64,000 nt of DNA from contig OZ244042.1 of assembly GCA_965215015.1 (NCBI GenBank), positions 4,192,001 to 4,256,000 of the forward strand, read 5' to 3'. The position numbers and the translations under genes were made by a program. This document shows, piece after piece, positions 10,294 through 20,656 of the stretch. How positions within the stretch are numbered: the first letter of the stretch is position 1; each line of letters starts with the position of its first letter. Source of the stretch: Candidatus Poribacteria bacterium. GTDB taxonomy: Bacteria; Poribacteria; WGA-4E; PCPOR2b. Under the pieces are notes generated by a model. It did no database searches. It had not been told where the DNA came from and worked only from the letters and a program-made list of their open reading frames with translations.

Positions 10294-10638
10294 CTAGTAG
10301 TTTCCCCAGAACTGAATTTTGTTACTCTCAGGATCTGAAATATCGAAACACGCTAATCCGTCTTCTACATTTTTTAACGGTCCCAATCGCAACCCTTTCG
10401 CCTTGAGGGCATCGTGAACCACTTTTACGCTTTCGACGTGAAAGACTACCTTTTGCCTCCCGCCGTTTGGTTTACTTGCACTGTGCAAGCAGAGTTTACA
10501 CTGCCCGGTGTTAAAGCGGAAAAATCGGTGCGCCGGAGCTGGCTGATCTTCGTCAGGGTGCAATCCAACAACATCCCTGTAAAATGCAGTAACAATCCGC
10601 ATATCCTTAACAAAGAGTATGATACTTCCTATATCCAT
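10294..10638 (-). CDS. VOC/glyoxalase family protein
   Basis: LFVKDM..AFYRDVVGL; DPESNKIQF. Confidence 0.75.
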   Translation of the reverse strand: MDIGSIILFVKDMRIVTAFYRDVVGLHPDEDQPAPAHRFFRFNTGQCKLCLHSASKPNGGRQKVVFHVESVKVVHDALKAKGLRLGPLKNVEDGLACFDISDPESNKIQFWGNY

Positions 10639-10873
10639 GCAATCACTCCCCATGGTGTGCCGCTAGTTGGGACCTTAGTAACACAGGGAACAACAATCGT
10701 TTGAAAGGGTTCAACCGCTTAAAAACACATCTACATTTTAACACGCTTTTGTGCAGACTGACAATCTTTTTCTATATGTGCACCTTCTATGAGCTTATTG
10801 ACGTTTGGACGAACTGTGCTCTAATACACACTTATCAGAACAAAAAGCATTATCGCAGCAATGGAGACCGAAT

Positions 10874-11190
10874 ATGCAATCCGAGCCTGAGGTAATCGAG
10901 CAATTGATGCGACGCATTGCCAAAATTGTTCAACCCCTACGAATCATTTTTTGGGTTCAGCGACTCAGGGCGAGATGGAACCCCACAGCGATATTGATGG
11001 GTTTGTGGTAATACCCGAAGGCGTCTGCCGACGACGGACTGCACAGCTCCTATACCGGCAAATTAGAGGGTTAGGAGTGCCTTTCGATATTTTAATGGCA
11101 ACACCCAATGACTTAGAGCTGCACGAGGACAATATTGGTTTGATGTATCACACTGTGCTGCGGGAAAGGAGAGAAGTGTATACCGTTTGA
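10874..11190 (+). pseudogene. Frameshifted minimal nucleotidyltransferase (MNT) antitoxin
   Basis: GGAG-ATG 10874 gives MQSEPEVIEQLMRRIAKIVQPLRIIF; a frame change at the T6 run 10947-10952 continues into GSATQGEMEPHSDIDGFVV...GVPFDIL (GS...DxD motif). Confidence 0.75.
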
Positions 11191-11240
11191 AGAGCATGTA
11201 TCGGGAAACCCTGCAGATTGGCTCCGTGCCCAATCACCCC
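11180..11240 (+). pseudogene. Remnant of HEPN toxin N-terminus
   Basis: ATA(11180) then PFEEHVSGNPADWLRAQS, overlapping the MNT stop; resembles P-x-DWL-x-x-A-x-SDL HEPN starts, after which similarity is lost. Confidence 0.45.
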
Positions 11241-11304
11241 AGATTTTGCTTGTGAGCAGGAACGCTCATTCAATCATGAGAGATTGCAAAAGGGGGAGAC
11301 AGCA

Positions 11305-12453
11305 TCACTCGTAGACAACCGTATTGACATGATGGGCATTAATATAGTCCCAATCCAATTCCACACCGAGCCCCGGTCCTTGCGGCACCGGCACATGTCC
11401 ATTGGCGTCAATATTCTCCAGTTCATCCGTAAATTCGGGCGGATGGATAGGCGGTTTTGTATTGCTTATTAGCGGGTGCAACAGACCCAGTTCGTAGTAA
11501 TTGGTGTTGCGGATAGCCGCGATGCAGTGGCGATGGGCTATACCTCCGCCGTGGAACTCCACATCCAAGCCGAAACCTTCAGCAGCGTGTGCTACCTTCA
11601 TTGCGCCGGTGATACCACCATCCTCGTAAGTGCCGGTTCTCACAAAATCTGTACCCCCGTTAACGATGAAGTCGACGTGCTGTTCCAGTCCAAAGATATG
11701 TTCTGTTTGCAATAGCGGTGTTTTAATTAGTTCTCGCAGTTTCCGATGACCGAAAATCGAGACCCCGCCATCTTTGTACGCGTCCTCTAGCCAGAAGAAA
11801 TTCTCAGCGTCGCATGCCCTACCCACTTTGAGCGCGTCCGCCCAGGTTTCTAACTCACAGGCAGGATCGACCATCAAGTCCATCCGATCTCCCACACGCT
11901 GTCCGACCGCGTGGATATTCGCCACCTCCCGTTCAATGGGGGCGTTCCCCCAGCCGTGAATCTTAAAGGCAGAATACCCTAACTCGGCACATTGCTCGGC
12001 AAAATCAGCAAATGCCTCAGGTGTGCTCAGTCCACCGCTTTCATCGCCGTGGTAGGTACTAGCATACGCCGGGATAGTTTTTCTCCAACCGCCGAGCAGT
12101 TGGCAAATCGGGGCATCATATACCTTGCCCGCAAAATCCCACAACGCCACATCGAGCCCACTGATAGCGGTGCGATCGGTATGGCGCAACCCCCGCTTGA
12201 GATCGTTGTATATCTTTTCACGTTCAAAGGGACTCTTTCCCAGTACATAGTGGGCGATATTTGCGGATATCTGCCGGCCGGTGGATTCACCGACAACCCC
12301 GATATCGGTATGAATCCGCAGGATTGACGACTGCATCTTATGGACATTGCCCTCGTCGTAGACGAGGTTAAAGCCGTTATAATCGGTGCCCATATCCTGA
12401 ATCTCGTATTCAAAAATTACTGTTTCGATTTTGGTAATCTTCGCATTTGCCAT
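11305..12453 (-). CDS. Mandelate racemase/muconate lactonizing enzyme family protein
   Basis: LDVALWD, AYAST, FKIHGW, LMVD, WLED, PQGPGLGVELDWD. Confidence 0.88.
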   Translation of the reverse strand: MANAKITKIETVIFEYEIQDMGTDYNGFNLVYDEGNVHKMQSSILRIHTDIGVVGESTGRQISANIAHYVLGKSPFEREKIYNDLKRGLRHTDRTAISGLDVALWDFAGKVYDAPICQLLGGWRKTIPAYASTYHGDESGGLSTPEAFADFAEQCAELGYSAFKIHGWGNAPIEREVANIHAVGQRVGDRMDLMVDPACELETWADALKVGRACDAENFFWLEDAYKDGGVSIFGHRKLRELIKTPLLQTEHIFGLEQHVDFIVNGGTDFVRTGTYEDGGITGAMKVAHAAEGFGLDVEFHGGGIAHRHCIAAIRNTNYYELGLLHPLISNTKPPIHPPEFTDELENIDANGHVPVPQGPGLGVELDWDYINAHHVNTVVYE

Positions 12454-12469
12454 TAATCTTTCTCCTTCA

Positions 12470-15430
12470 TTAGCTCCAGCTCAGTCCCTCACAATAGGCT
12501 TGATAGAGCTGACGTTTGAGATCCGCATTGACCTCCGGTTTCGATAATTTTGTATAGAGCCCCAGCTTACTATTGACGAAATCCAATAAAATTTCATCGA
12601 TCACCTGATCAAACTTATACCGTTTATTGGTATCCGTATTATCTCCCTCGATTACCTGCCGCAGTTCTTCGTTCCCGTGTACTTTTTGGTGAATGGTCTC
12701 AATGTCAACCCTATCCTCTGTTGTAAAATCTGTCTGATGGGCCTCGTTCAAGGCTTGAACGATATTGGAGAGGAAATCCTGCTCCGGCTCTCTGATTGTA
12801 ACGACATCGCTGCCAATCCCTTCGACCTCGCTATCTTTCTCCTCAAGGGAGAGTTGTAGACTGTCATGGGTTCTCTGCACACGGAACGAATCCAAGTCCA
12901 CAGATGCCAAGACATCGTGTAGGTCAGGGTGATCCCGTTTCGGCAGCTTTTTGTTCAGAGTGCGCCCGAAGATGTACAGCTTTTCCAACGCTACGTCCGT
13001 GAAGGTAATCAACTGTGAGATGTATCCGTAGAGGCGGATATAACGCTGCAAGGTAGAGCGGAATTCTTCCCGCTCATTCATTTCAAGTGCTGACCACTTC
13101 TCGACGACGCCATCGAGGATGCTCTGTAGAAGTTGATCCGGCCGACTCGAGTCATAAAAGATGCGGCAAAATTGGTCGATGGTATCCTCATCGTAGAGGT
13201 CAAAACCATCCAATTCACGCTGTAGGTCATACAACCGATTCGGGTCGGTCTCCTCTGCGAGCGTTGTGGTCTGATAGTATTGCTGAAACGCCGCCTGTAC
13301 CTGGTCCGGTTCATTCACAAAATCGAGCACCAGCGTATCCGTCTTACCGGGAGCGACACGGTTCAGGCGGCTCAAACTCTGGACACATTGAAGCCCGTCT
13401 AACCGTTTATCGACGTACATCGTCTGTAGCAGCGGCTCATCGAAACCAGTTTGAAACTTATTCGACACAATCAAAATCCGATGCTCAGGACTCTTGAAAC
13501 TGTCCGCAATCGAAACGCTCGGCGGCAACCCATTCATTCCGTCTTCCGTGTAGTCCCGCCCGTTATCGGTGTCGTGCACCGTACCGCTGAACGCCACCAG
13601 ACAACCGTAAAGGAGACCCATCTCCCGCATCCGCCTATCGAATTCCAATTTATATCTGACGCAGTGCAACCGCGACGGTGTGATCAGCATCGCCCGTCCT
13701 TTCCCTGCGATCGTCTTTGCGGTCCTTTGGGCGAAGTGCTCTAGGATAATCTGGGTCTTGGTCTCGATGCTTTGTGGCTGTAGATCAACGTAGTTGGTCA
13801 GCATCCGCAGCGTCCGCGCCTTTTCATACGCTTTATCCTCCGGCACACTCTTGACCAATTGAAAGTATCTCTTAAAGGTGGTGTAGTTCTGCAGCACGTC
13901 CAGTGTAAAGCCTTCGCTGATACTCTGATGCATTGAATAGACGTGGAACGGGACAAAATTGCCGTATTCGTCTTTCCGTCCGAACAGTTCCAACGTCTTG
14001 TTCTTTGGCGTGCCGCTGAAACCGAAGTAGGAGATATGATCCTGTGCCCTGCGCTGCTCCATCTCCTCAATAATCCGCTCGTCCATATCCGAGACTTCGT
14101 CGGCGTCCTCTTCTGCTACCCCTTCCTCAATCCCTTTCGAGAGCGAGGCTCTGAGGTTCCTTGCGGACTCACCGCTCTGCGAGGAGTGTGCTTCGTCAAC
14201 AATCACGGCGAAGGTCTTGCTTTTGAGTTTGCCAATCTCCTCGGCAATCACGCTGAATTTCTGAATCGTCGAGATGATGATGTCTTTGCCGGATTCAAGG
14301 TATCCCCGGAGCTGTGCCGAAGCTGCATCAACGGGATGCACCACGCCTGCGACCTGTTCCGCCTGCTTAATCGTCTCCTGCAGTTGCTTGTCAAGCACGC
14401 GCCGATCGGTCACGACGATGACAGAGTCAAAGATTCGATCGGTATCGGTCGGCGAACGGTACAGATGCGTGAGCAGGTGCGCCAACCACGTGATGGAGTT
14501 CGACTTGCCGCTCCCTGTGGCGTGTTGGATTAGATAGTTGTGCCCAACCCCCTCCGCAACGATAGCCTCTTTCAAACAACGAATCAGGTCGAGCTGATGG
14601 TATCGTGGGAAAATGAGCCCACGATGCTTCACATCTTTCACCCCGCCGATTTCACGGTCGTAAACCTTTTCCGTAACCTCCTGCTCATGGATAAAGTTGT
14701 CCATGAGCTCCATCAGATTATCGGGTTGTAGGATGTCCTCCCACAGGTAGGCGACCTTGTGACCGTTTGGATTCACCGGGTTTTCGATACCTTTGTTAAA
14801 TGGAAAGAATCGTGTCCCGTCCCCCTGTAATCGCGTCGTCATCGAGACCTTTTCGACGCCCACCGCAAAGTGAACCAGACACCGCCTGAATTGGAACAAC
14901 GGCTCTCTCGGATCTCGGTCAATCCGGTACTGTTTCTCCGCATCTGTCACCACCTGCCCGGTGAGGCTGTTTTTCAGTTCCATCGTCACTAACGGCAGCC
15001 CGTTGAGGAACAACGCCATATCAACCGATTTTTCGTTCCGCTGTGAATACTTCAGCTGCCGAATCAGAGAGAATCGGTTCTGATCGTAGAGGGCCTGATG
15101 GGTGGGATTCATGCCACTTGACGGACGAAAGTAGGTCAGGTCAAAGTAACACCCTCTATCTTTAACACCTTTCCGCAGTACATCCAACACCCCTCGCCGC
15201 TCTATCTCTTTATTCACACGGTTGAGCAGGCTAACCTGTGTCTTCCCCTTGTACTGGCGTTCCAGTTTCTGATACTCCTTCGGTTGTGTATCTCGAATAA
15301 ATTGCAGCGTTTCATTGGGTATCAAACAAAGGTCTTTATTATAGAGGGCAGGCTGTCGAGAGCGGTAGCCGGACCGATTCAGGTGTGCTTCGATGTGATC
15401 CTCAAAATCTGCTTCTTTATACGTCGGCAT
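12470..15430 (-). CDS. hsdR: Type I restriction enzyme R subunit
   Basis: D...ELKN nuclease motif, HATGSGKS Walker A, DEAH, SGTPK, KFQTGFDEP, QSLSRLNR. Confidence 0.95.
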   Translation of the reverse strand: MPTYKEADFEDHIEAHLNRSGYRSRQPALYNKDLCLIPNETLQFIRDTQPKEYQKLERQYKGKTQVSLLNRVNKEIERRGVLDVLRKGVKDRGCYFDLTYFRPSSGMNPTHQALYDQNRFSLIRQLKYSQRNEKSVDMALFLNGLPLVTMELKNSLTGQVVTDAEKQYRIDRDPREPLFQFRRCLVHFAVGVEKVSMTTRLQGDGTRFFPFNKGIENPVNPNGHKVAYLWEDILQPDNLMELMDNFIHEQEVTEKVYDREIGGVKDVKHRGLIFPRYHQLDLIRCLKEAIVAEGVGHNYLIQHATGSGKSNSITWLAHLLTHLYRSPTDTDRIFDSVIVVTDRRVLDKQLQETIKQAEQVAGVVHPVDAASAQLRGYLESGKDIIISTIQKFSVIAEEIGKLKSKTFAVIVDEAHSSQSGESARNLRASLSKGIEEGVAEEDADEVSDMDERIIEEMEQRRAQDHISYFGFSGTPKNKTLELFGRKDEYGNFVPFHVYSMHQSISEGFTLDVLQNYTTFKRYFQLVKSVPEDKAYEKARTLRMLTNYVDLQPQSIETKTQIILEHFAQRTAKTIAGKGRAMLITPSRLHCVRYKLEFDRRMREMGLLYGCLVAFSGTVHDTDNGRDYTEDGMNGLPPSVSIADSFKSPEHRILIVSNKFQTGFDEPLLQTMYVDKRLDGLQCVQSLSRLNRVAPGKTDTLVLDFVNEPDQVQAAFQQYYQTTTLAEETDPNRLYDLQRELDGFDLYDEDTIDQFCRIFYDSSRPDQLLQSILDGVVEKWSALEMNEREEFRSTLQRYIRLYGYISQLITFTDVALEKLYIFGRTLNKKLPKRDHPDLHDVLASVDLDSFRVQRTHDSLQLSLEEKDSEVEGIGSDVVTIREPEQDFLSNIVQALNEAHQTDFTTEDRVDIETIHQKVHGNEELRQVIEGDNTDTNKRYKFDQVIDEILLDFVNSKLGLYTKLSKPEVNADLKRQLYQAYCEGLSWS

Positions 15431-15433
15431 GGT

Positions 15434-16711
15434 CTACACCTCGTTTCGGACATCTATCTTGCCGGTCACCACTTCGGAGATGAGGGATTGGCGGTACTCT
15501 TTGAGGAGTTCAATTTTTCGCTGCTCTGCGGCTATCAGTTTATCAATCTGTCCTGTCTTGCGGTCAAGGAAGTTGGCGATTTGGATTTGTTCGGAAAATG
15601 AGGCTAGAGGGATTTGTGCATTCAGAATGTCATCAACGTCTGTTCGTGGCATTTTCACTCCCTTGGATATAGAATTACAGTATTCAATGAAACGGCAGGA
15701 TAGCATCAGATAGAAGAGATGTTTACCTGAGTCTTGTAAAGAGGGTCTTATTACTATCATTTCACCGAGGGAGTAACCGTTATATTCTGTAAAAACCACC
15801 TTGCTGAGGTAAACGCGCAGTTTGTTGAATAACAGATCGCCAGCTTGGAATTTCACACCAGTGGAATCATAGGAACTGTAAAGATCAAGGACTTTGCCTG
15901 TTTCCGATTCAACATTTTCAGGTGAAATTTTTATAGCATCTATCTCAGGTGTCGATTTCTGGCTTACAAAGGTTGCGATATGTCTTATTTTCGTTATTTC
16001 CCAATGCTTTGGTATCTTCCCAATCCACTCCACCCCCGACGGTTTCATCTCCACATTCGGGTCAAGCCCCTGGGTTACCACCTGATTTATCACGACAGTT
16101 CGTTGTTCTTGCAGCAGTTCTACCAGTCGTTCTTTGATGCGGATGAGCTCGTCAATCTGTCCTGTCTTGCGGTCGAGGAAGTTAACAATTTGGATTTTTT
16201 CTCGGTGCAAAGGAATAGGGAGTTGAAAATTTGAGTACTTTTCACCATTAACATTCTGGATTGTCGAAATGATTACCTGCTGCTCAAGCCAATTCCTATA
16301 AAAGTGTGATAGTGTCACGTAATAGATGAATTTTGATGTACAGTAATCACCAAAATTAAACCTAACGAGATAGCCGGCACTAGTGTGTTTGTCTCCTTTG
16401 AGGTGTAGGTAAGATTTTCCTACTGTCCCACTACGAGACAAAAGCAAGTCATAACTATTAAGGACCTGTTCTTGAGGAACACAATCTTCAGACAAATAAA
16501 CTCCCTTCTGTCGGAGACCTCCACTTTCATCAATATCAGTAACTCTGATTAACCGGATCCCTTCTGTAGTATACCTATCCGCCTCAATATTCAGACCATA
16601 AGTCACCGGGATATTGGAAACATATTTCAATCTTGTGAGCGTCCAGTGTTTTGGTATCTCCCCAATCCACTCGACACCGCTCTCTTTATATTCAGGATAA
16701 CGCCTCATCAT
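15434..16711 (-). CDS. hsdS: Type I restriction-modification specificity subunit
   Basis: YKESGVEWIGEIPKHW and MKPSGVEWIGKIPKHW conserved repeats, two variable TRDs, LKEYRQSLISEVVTGKIDV. Confidence 0.95.
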   Translation of the reverse strand: MMRRYPEYKESGVEWIGEIPKHWTLTRLKYVSNIPVTYGLNIEADRYTTEGIRLIRVTDIDESGGLRQKGVYLSEDCVPQEQVLNSYDLLLSRSGTVGKSYLHLKGDKHTSAGYLVRFNFGDYCTSKFIYYVTLSHFYRNWLEQQVIISTIQNVNGEKYSNFQLPIPLHREKIQIVNFLDRKTGQIDELIRIKERLVELLQEQRTVVINQVVTQGLDPNVEMKPSGVEWIGKIPKHWEITKIRHIATFVSQKSTPEIDAIKISPENVESETGKVLDLYSSYDSTGVKFQAGDLLFNKLRVYLSKVVFTEYNGYSLGEMIVIRPSLQDSGKHLFYLMLSCRFIEYCNSISKGVKMPRTDVDDILNAQIPLASFSEQIQIANFLDRKTGQIDKLIAAEQRKIELLKEYRQSLISEVVTGKIDVRNEV

Positions 16712-16713
16712 TC

Positions 16714-16834
16714 TAAGCCTCGCTCAGCAAACTTTCACTGTCTTGTTCAAGCACTAGCAACTAACCAATAAGCTCCTTCAGTGAGCACAGCGGTGTGTAC
16801 TAAACTTAAACAGTAATTTTGATTAAAAGCGTAT
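16714..16834 (-). pseudogene. Degenerate duplicate of the hsdM 3' end
   Basis: Minus strand reads *YTPLCSLKELIG*LLVLEQDSESLLSEA*, colinear with HsdM QYTPLRSLKEIADEILTLERKSEGLLNEVL; CGGTGTGTACT is identical at 16791-16801 and 20972-20982. Confidence 0.75.
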
Positions 16835-16838
16835 CTGT

Positions 16839-19800
16839 CTAGAACTCTCTTTCCTCGTCAATCTTTGCATGTTCAATATACTCTTCCAATCCCCCCACAA
16901 ATTCATCAATCCATCGCTTGACATTCTCGTCATCTTCGCTTGCTTTGATACAAAGCAGCTTCTCTTTTTTTTCATCGAAGTGCAAGCTGGTAGGTCCATG
17001 CCATCCCTCTACTGGATAAATTTCCATTAGACTGCTTCGGACATCGTTTTGTGTGCCGTAGCGAACAAGAATTTCTTGCATCAAAGAAGTTTCCCACTCC
17101 TCTACTGAAAGGGTTTTAGGAACAAAAGTTGTAAGATGCCAAGCACGATTTTCTATATCCTCATCAACCCATTCCCAAATTTTTTCACGTGGAATAAGTG
17201 TTAGTGCTCCTTTTCTTTTTTCTCTTACCGAGGAACTTCCCTCTCTAAGCCACCGTTCTAGATTGTCCCTTCTTGAAAAATCCGTTTGGTTCTCTAAGAG
17301 TGGACTGACTTGCCTCCACACCTCCGCGGGATACCGCTCCGTAATTTTATCCAGCACCGAGCATGTTTGTGAATCAACATTAATAATTGCCCCATCTTGA
17401 CCAAAGTGAGAGAGCATTGGCCCTATAAGTTCTAAACCCTTTTCAGGATAAAGATGTAGGAACGCTTCTCCAATCTCTGTCCAACAGTAATCTATCGTTG
17501 TATCAAATTGATGTAGGTCTAACCCTTCAAACAGAAAGGGCTGCATAAGCACCCGGAACGTCAAGTCGCACGGTAAAGCTGGTTTTGATTTTTGGAAAAC
17601 GTAGTAATAGTGGTAAAGCTTCAATACAATTAACGTAGCAGATTCCTCCGTTACATTCAGTAGAAACTTGATCCACGCAGTGAAGACCTCATTGGACAGA
17701 CTTTCAGTAGCTTTACCGTAGGCGAAAATTCCGAAGTGATTGACACCGATGATGCCACTCGTAGCAAGTTCGAGAACCCGCAAACCCGCTCGATCTGTCA
17801 GGCCAGAACGACACGTGAGTTCTGGAATTACTATATTGAGAGTGCCATCATTAACCAGTGCGTCAAGTTGTTCTTCCCATTGCAACACATCTCTGTCAAA
17901 GATTGCGCGGAAATAGCCTCCTAGAAAATAAACACTCGCATTTTCCCCACCGTTTCGTTGGGCACAGAGAAGTGTCGGTAGAAGAGTGAATCCATCATCT
18001 TTCTTCCCAAGTTCATTTCCAAAATGGTACCCCTTCTGTGCTTCTGTTGTAACGAGCCAATGCAGTTCAGATTGCAAAAGGGAAGGAGTATCAACAGCTT
18101 GCTGGGCAAGTTTTTCAACTTTAGGTTGCACTTGATCTGAGTAATTTCGTTCTTCGTCAAATTGGTCTTCAAACAAACCCATCCCAACATACCGTTGCAT
18201 CAGAGAATGAAAGTCCGAACCAACTAATTCGTCACGCAGTTGTTCCCAACGTTGTCGGGTTTCCACAGATAATTTCTTGCCTTCATAGTAAAAAAATTCA
18301 ACAATTTTTGCAATAATCTGCTTTTCATTAACAAATGCTTCTTCTACGAGCATCCGAATTGTGTCAACGACCAGATTGCTCAGGTCCTCAATTCTCCCAA
18401 TATGGTGTGCATGGCCGATTAAAATGTCTACCCCCTCTTTACGCTCATCTTCGGGCAAACCTGCTAATTGTTCAGATAGGAGTTGCCATACTCGCTTGTA
18501 GGCGTCCCAAAGTTCGCCGTATGTTTTGGGTATCCAAAAATTAGGCTCCGAACGTAACCCTTGGTATTCAGCACCATACGTTCTTGAAAAACTTTCTAAT
18601 TGTAACGCAGCATCACAGGCCTTCACCGCAAGAAGGCGACGTTCCTTTGAACCGGATTCAAACGCCTCTTTTAAAATAGAAAACCGTTTTGCCGGGGAGG
18701 CTTCGGTTGGGCCGGCTCTGCCGGGCCTTGGTGAAAAGAGTCCTGCGAACACACCACTGGCGTTGTTTGAAAAGCCTTCATTCTCCGCTTCACCGAGGGC
18801 AAGAAGTAACCGTGCGGCATCGGCAAACAGATCTTCCCACATGGCAATTTTTTCAAGTGCCCATACTACATTCCTTCGTCCTTCCGTAAATTGTAAAAGG
18901 GCATTTCTATCCCAGCTCCCTATCGTTCTCGTTAGACATCTTAGGGCAGATGTCGGATTCGCTTCAGTCAGTGCTAAAAAAAAACGGCTGCCCAGCCTAG
19001 TTTTCAGATTTGCATCGTTATGAAAGGGTCCGTTAGGACCGAGAAGGTCCTCGACAATTCTTGATGCGGCTTCCGATTCGGCAGCATATTGAAACATCTC
19101 ATAGAACCACTCAAGTAGTTCTGGTTTTAGGCCTTGTTTAAATTCCTCAAGGTCAAACCCTCTACCATAAATATCCCACCACTCTATCCACAACTTGATA
19201 TGGAGGGCTTTTGGTGTAATATACAATGTATACTCACCTTGCAGGATTTTACGGTTTTTCAGCTCCTCGATGATTTCTTGAAATTTATCCCATCTGATCT
19301 CAACCTTTTGAGCAATGGCTTTGGCTTCACGCACAACAAATCGCTCATAACCGAACCGCTTAAAGAGAGCAATGTATCGAAGTACTCGTCTCATCTCTTT
19401 AACTTCTTGGCTATCTGGATTCGCTCTTCCAACAATGTATCGTTCCCAAATATTAACAGTGCCTAAAGGTCTGAGCAGATCTTCTGGATAATTCATCAAA
19501 TTCTCGCCGATGATATGCGCCACCCTTGGTGAACCATCACAAAGGTCAGCCCATCGGTCAGCTTGGGCCGCGGGCATCGGATATTTATGAATGATGATGT
19601 TGCGAATCTGTTCGGCTTCTAGTGGTGGAGTATCATAATAGGCAATGCCTCCGGCCTCCTCCTCGTAGTCATTATAGATGGTAGCCAATTTAATCCTCGG
19701 TCCACGATATCTCAATTTATCCCAGATGTATGATCGACTATCCGGATCGCACTCATCAATTACCAAAACAGCAGAAAATTGGTTGTCATCTCGGAGAAGT

Positions 19801-20627
19801 TGATTCATCAAAACACTGTCCCGAAACTGAGAAGCTGAACAGTAAATAACAAGTGGAGATAAATCTTCAGTTCTTGTTGCTTCCAAAGCAAGTTTCGTTT
19901 TACCAATACCAGGGGCACCCAACACCCGTACATGAACTGTGTCATCGTTTCGCCGCAATTCGTTTTGAATGTTTGCAATCAATTCCCGCTGCGATTGCCC
20001 AGAAACGAATGGAAATCGCATGTTAGCATCTTGCCTCCAGCTATTGTGTGTTTGAAATGCTGCTTCTCCGCGTCCATTTATCTGCAAAGCCAAAGATGGA
20101 AATATCTTAAGGAAACCGCACAAAGTATTTTGGCTCCACACATCAAATTTGGGGTTCGGGTAACCACACTGCTTTAGGTAATTCTTAATGTGAGAAACGG
20201 TGTCTCTATGTTGGGAATCAACTAGGTCAATCGCAGTGCAAACCAGGACATAAGTGCCATCATTATCAAGGCAAGCTTGAATACTTTCACCAAGGTTCTG
20301 TTTATTTGGTGGTATTCTTTCGCCGAAGAGTTCCTTCCGAATTTCTGATTCCTGCCATGGCCTGAAGCTTTGCCCCGATTTAATCTGGTAACTGGTCTGC
20401 CCTGTTTTAATCAGATCACTCGGGACCGAAGTCTCATTTTCAACAACGACTGCATCAACTCCCCCATCTGGGACATCGGTTTGAATCGACACATTAATCT
20501 TGCTGATTTCTATACCGAGTCTCCGCGCCTCAGCCCAAAGTAATTCTCTAAAAAACAAAGCTGCTTCTGGCGGCTTGAGCCTGCCAAGATCTTCGTTATT
20601 GACAGTGAAAATAGTTTGTTCATTCAT
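16839..20627 (-). CDS. PD-(D/E)xK nuclease + STAND-like NTPase + helical C-terminal domain protein (Avs/NLR-like putative defence protein)
   Basis: PDGGVDA...YQIKSG nuclease motif; GAPGIGKT Walker A; VLVIDEC Walker B; DGSP (GxP) motif; about 750-aa helical tail. Confidence 0.75.
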   Translation of the reverse strand: MNEQTIFTVNNEDLGRLKPPEAALFFRELLWAEARRLGIEISKINVSIQTDVPDGGVDAVVVENETSVPSDLIKTGQTSYQIKSGQSFRPWQESEIRKELFGERIPPNKQNLGESIQACLDNDGTYVLVCTAIDLVDSQHRDTVSHIKNYLKQCGYPNPKFDVWSQNTLCGFLKIFPSLALQINGRGEAAFQTHNSWRQDANMRFPFVSGQSQRELIANIQNELRRNDDTVHVRVLGAPGIGKTKLALEATRTEDLSPLVIYCSASQFRDSVLMNQLLRDDNQFSAVLVIDECDPDSRSYIWDKLRYRGPRIKLATIYNDYEEEAGGIAYYDTPPLEAEQIRNIIIHKYPMPAAQADRWADLCDGSPRVAHIIGENLMNYPEDLLRPLGTVNIWERYIVGRANPDSQEVKEMRRVLRYIALFKRFGYERFVVREAKAIAQKVEIRWDKFQEIIEELKNRKILQGEYTLYITPKALHIKLWIEWWDIYGRGFDLEEFKQGLKPELLEWFYEMFQYAAESEAASRIVEDLLGPNGPFHNDANLKTRLGSRFFLALTEANPTSALRCLTRTIGSWDRNALLQFTEGRRNVVWALEKIAMWEDLFADAARLLLALGEAENEGFSNNASGVFAGLFSPRPGRAGPTEASPAKRFSILKEAFESGSKERRLLAVKACDAALQLESFSRTYGAEYQGLRSEPNFWIPKTYGELWDAYKRVWQLLSEQLAGLPEDERKEGVDILIGHAHHIGRIEDLSNLVVDTIRMLVEEAFVNEKQIIAKIVEFFYYEGKKLSVETRQRWEQLRDELVGSDFHSLMQRYVGMGLFEDQFDEERNYSDQVQPKVEKLAQQAVDTPSLLQSELHWLVTTEAQKGYHFGNELGKKDDGFTLLPTLLCAQRNGGENASVYFLGGYFRAIFDRDVLQWEEQLDALVNDGTLNIVIPELTCRSGLTDRAGLRVLELATSGIIGVNHFGIFAYGKATESLSNEVFTAWIKFLLNVTEESATLIVLKLYHYYYVFQKSKPALPCDLTFRVLMQPFLFEGLDLHQFDTTIDYCWTEIGEAFLHLYPEKGLELIGPMLSHFGQDGAIINVDSQTCSVLDKITERYPAEVWRQVSPLLENQTDFSRRDNLERWLREGSSSVREKRKGALTLIPREKIWEWVDEDIENRAWHLTTFVPKTLSVEEWETSLMQEILVRYGTQNDVRSSLMEIYPVEGWHGPTSLHFDEKKEKLLCIKASEDDENVKRWIDEFVGGLEEYIEHAKIDEEREF

Positions 20628-20656
20628 TGCTTATCTCCAATTGGTTATGGTTAAGC

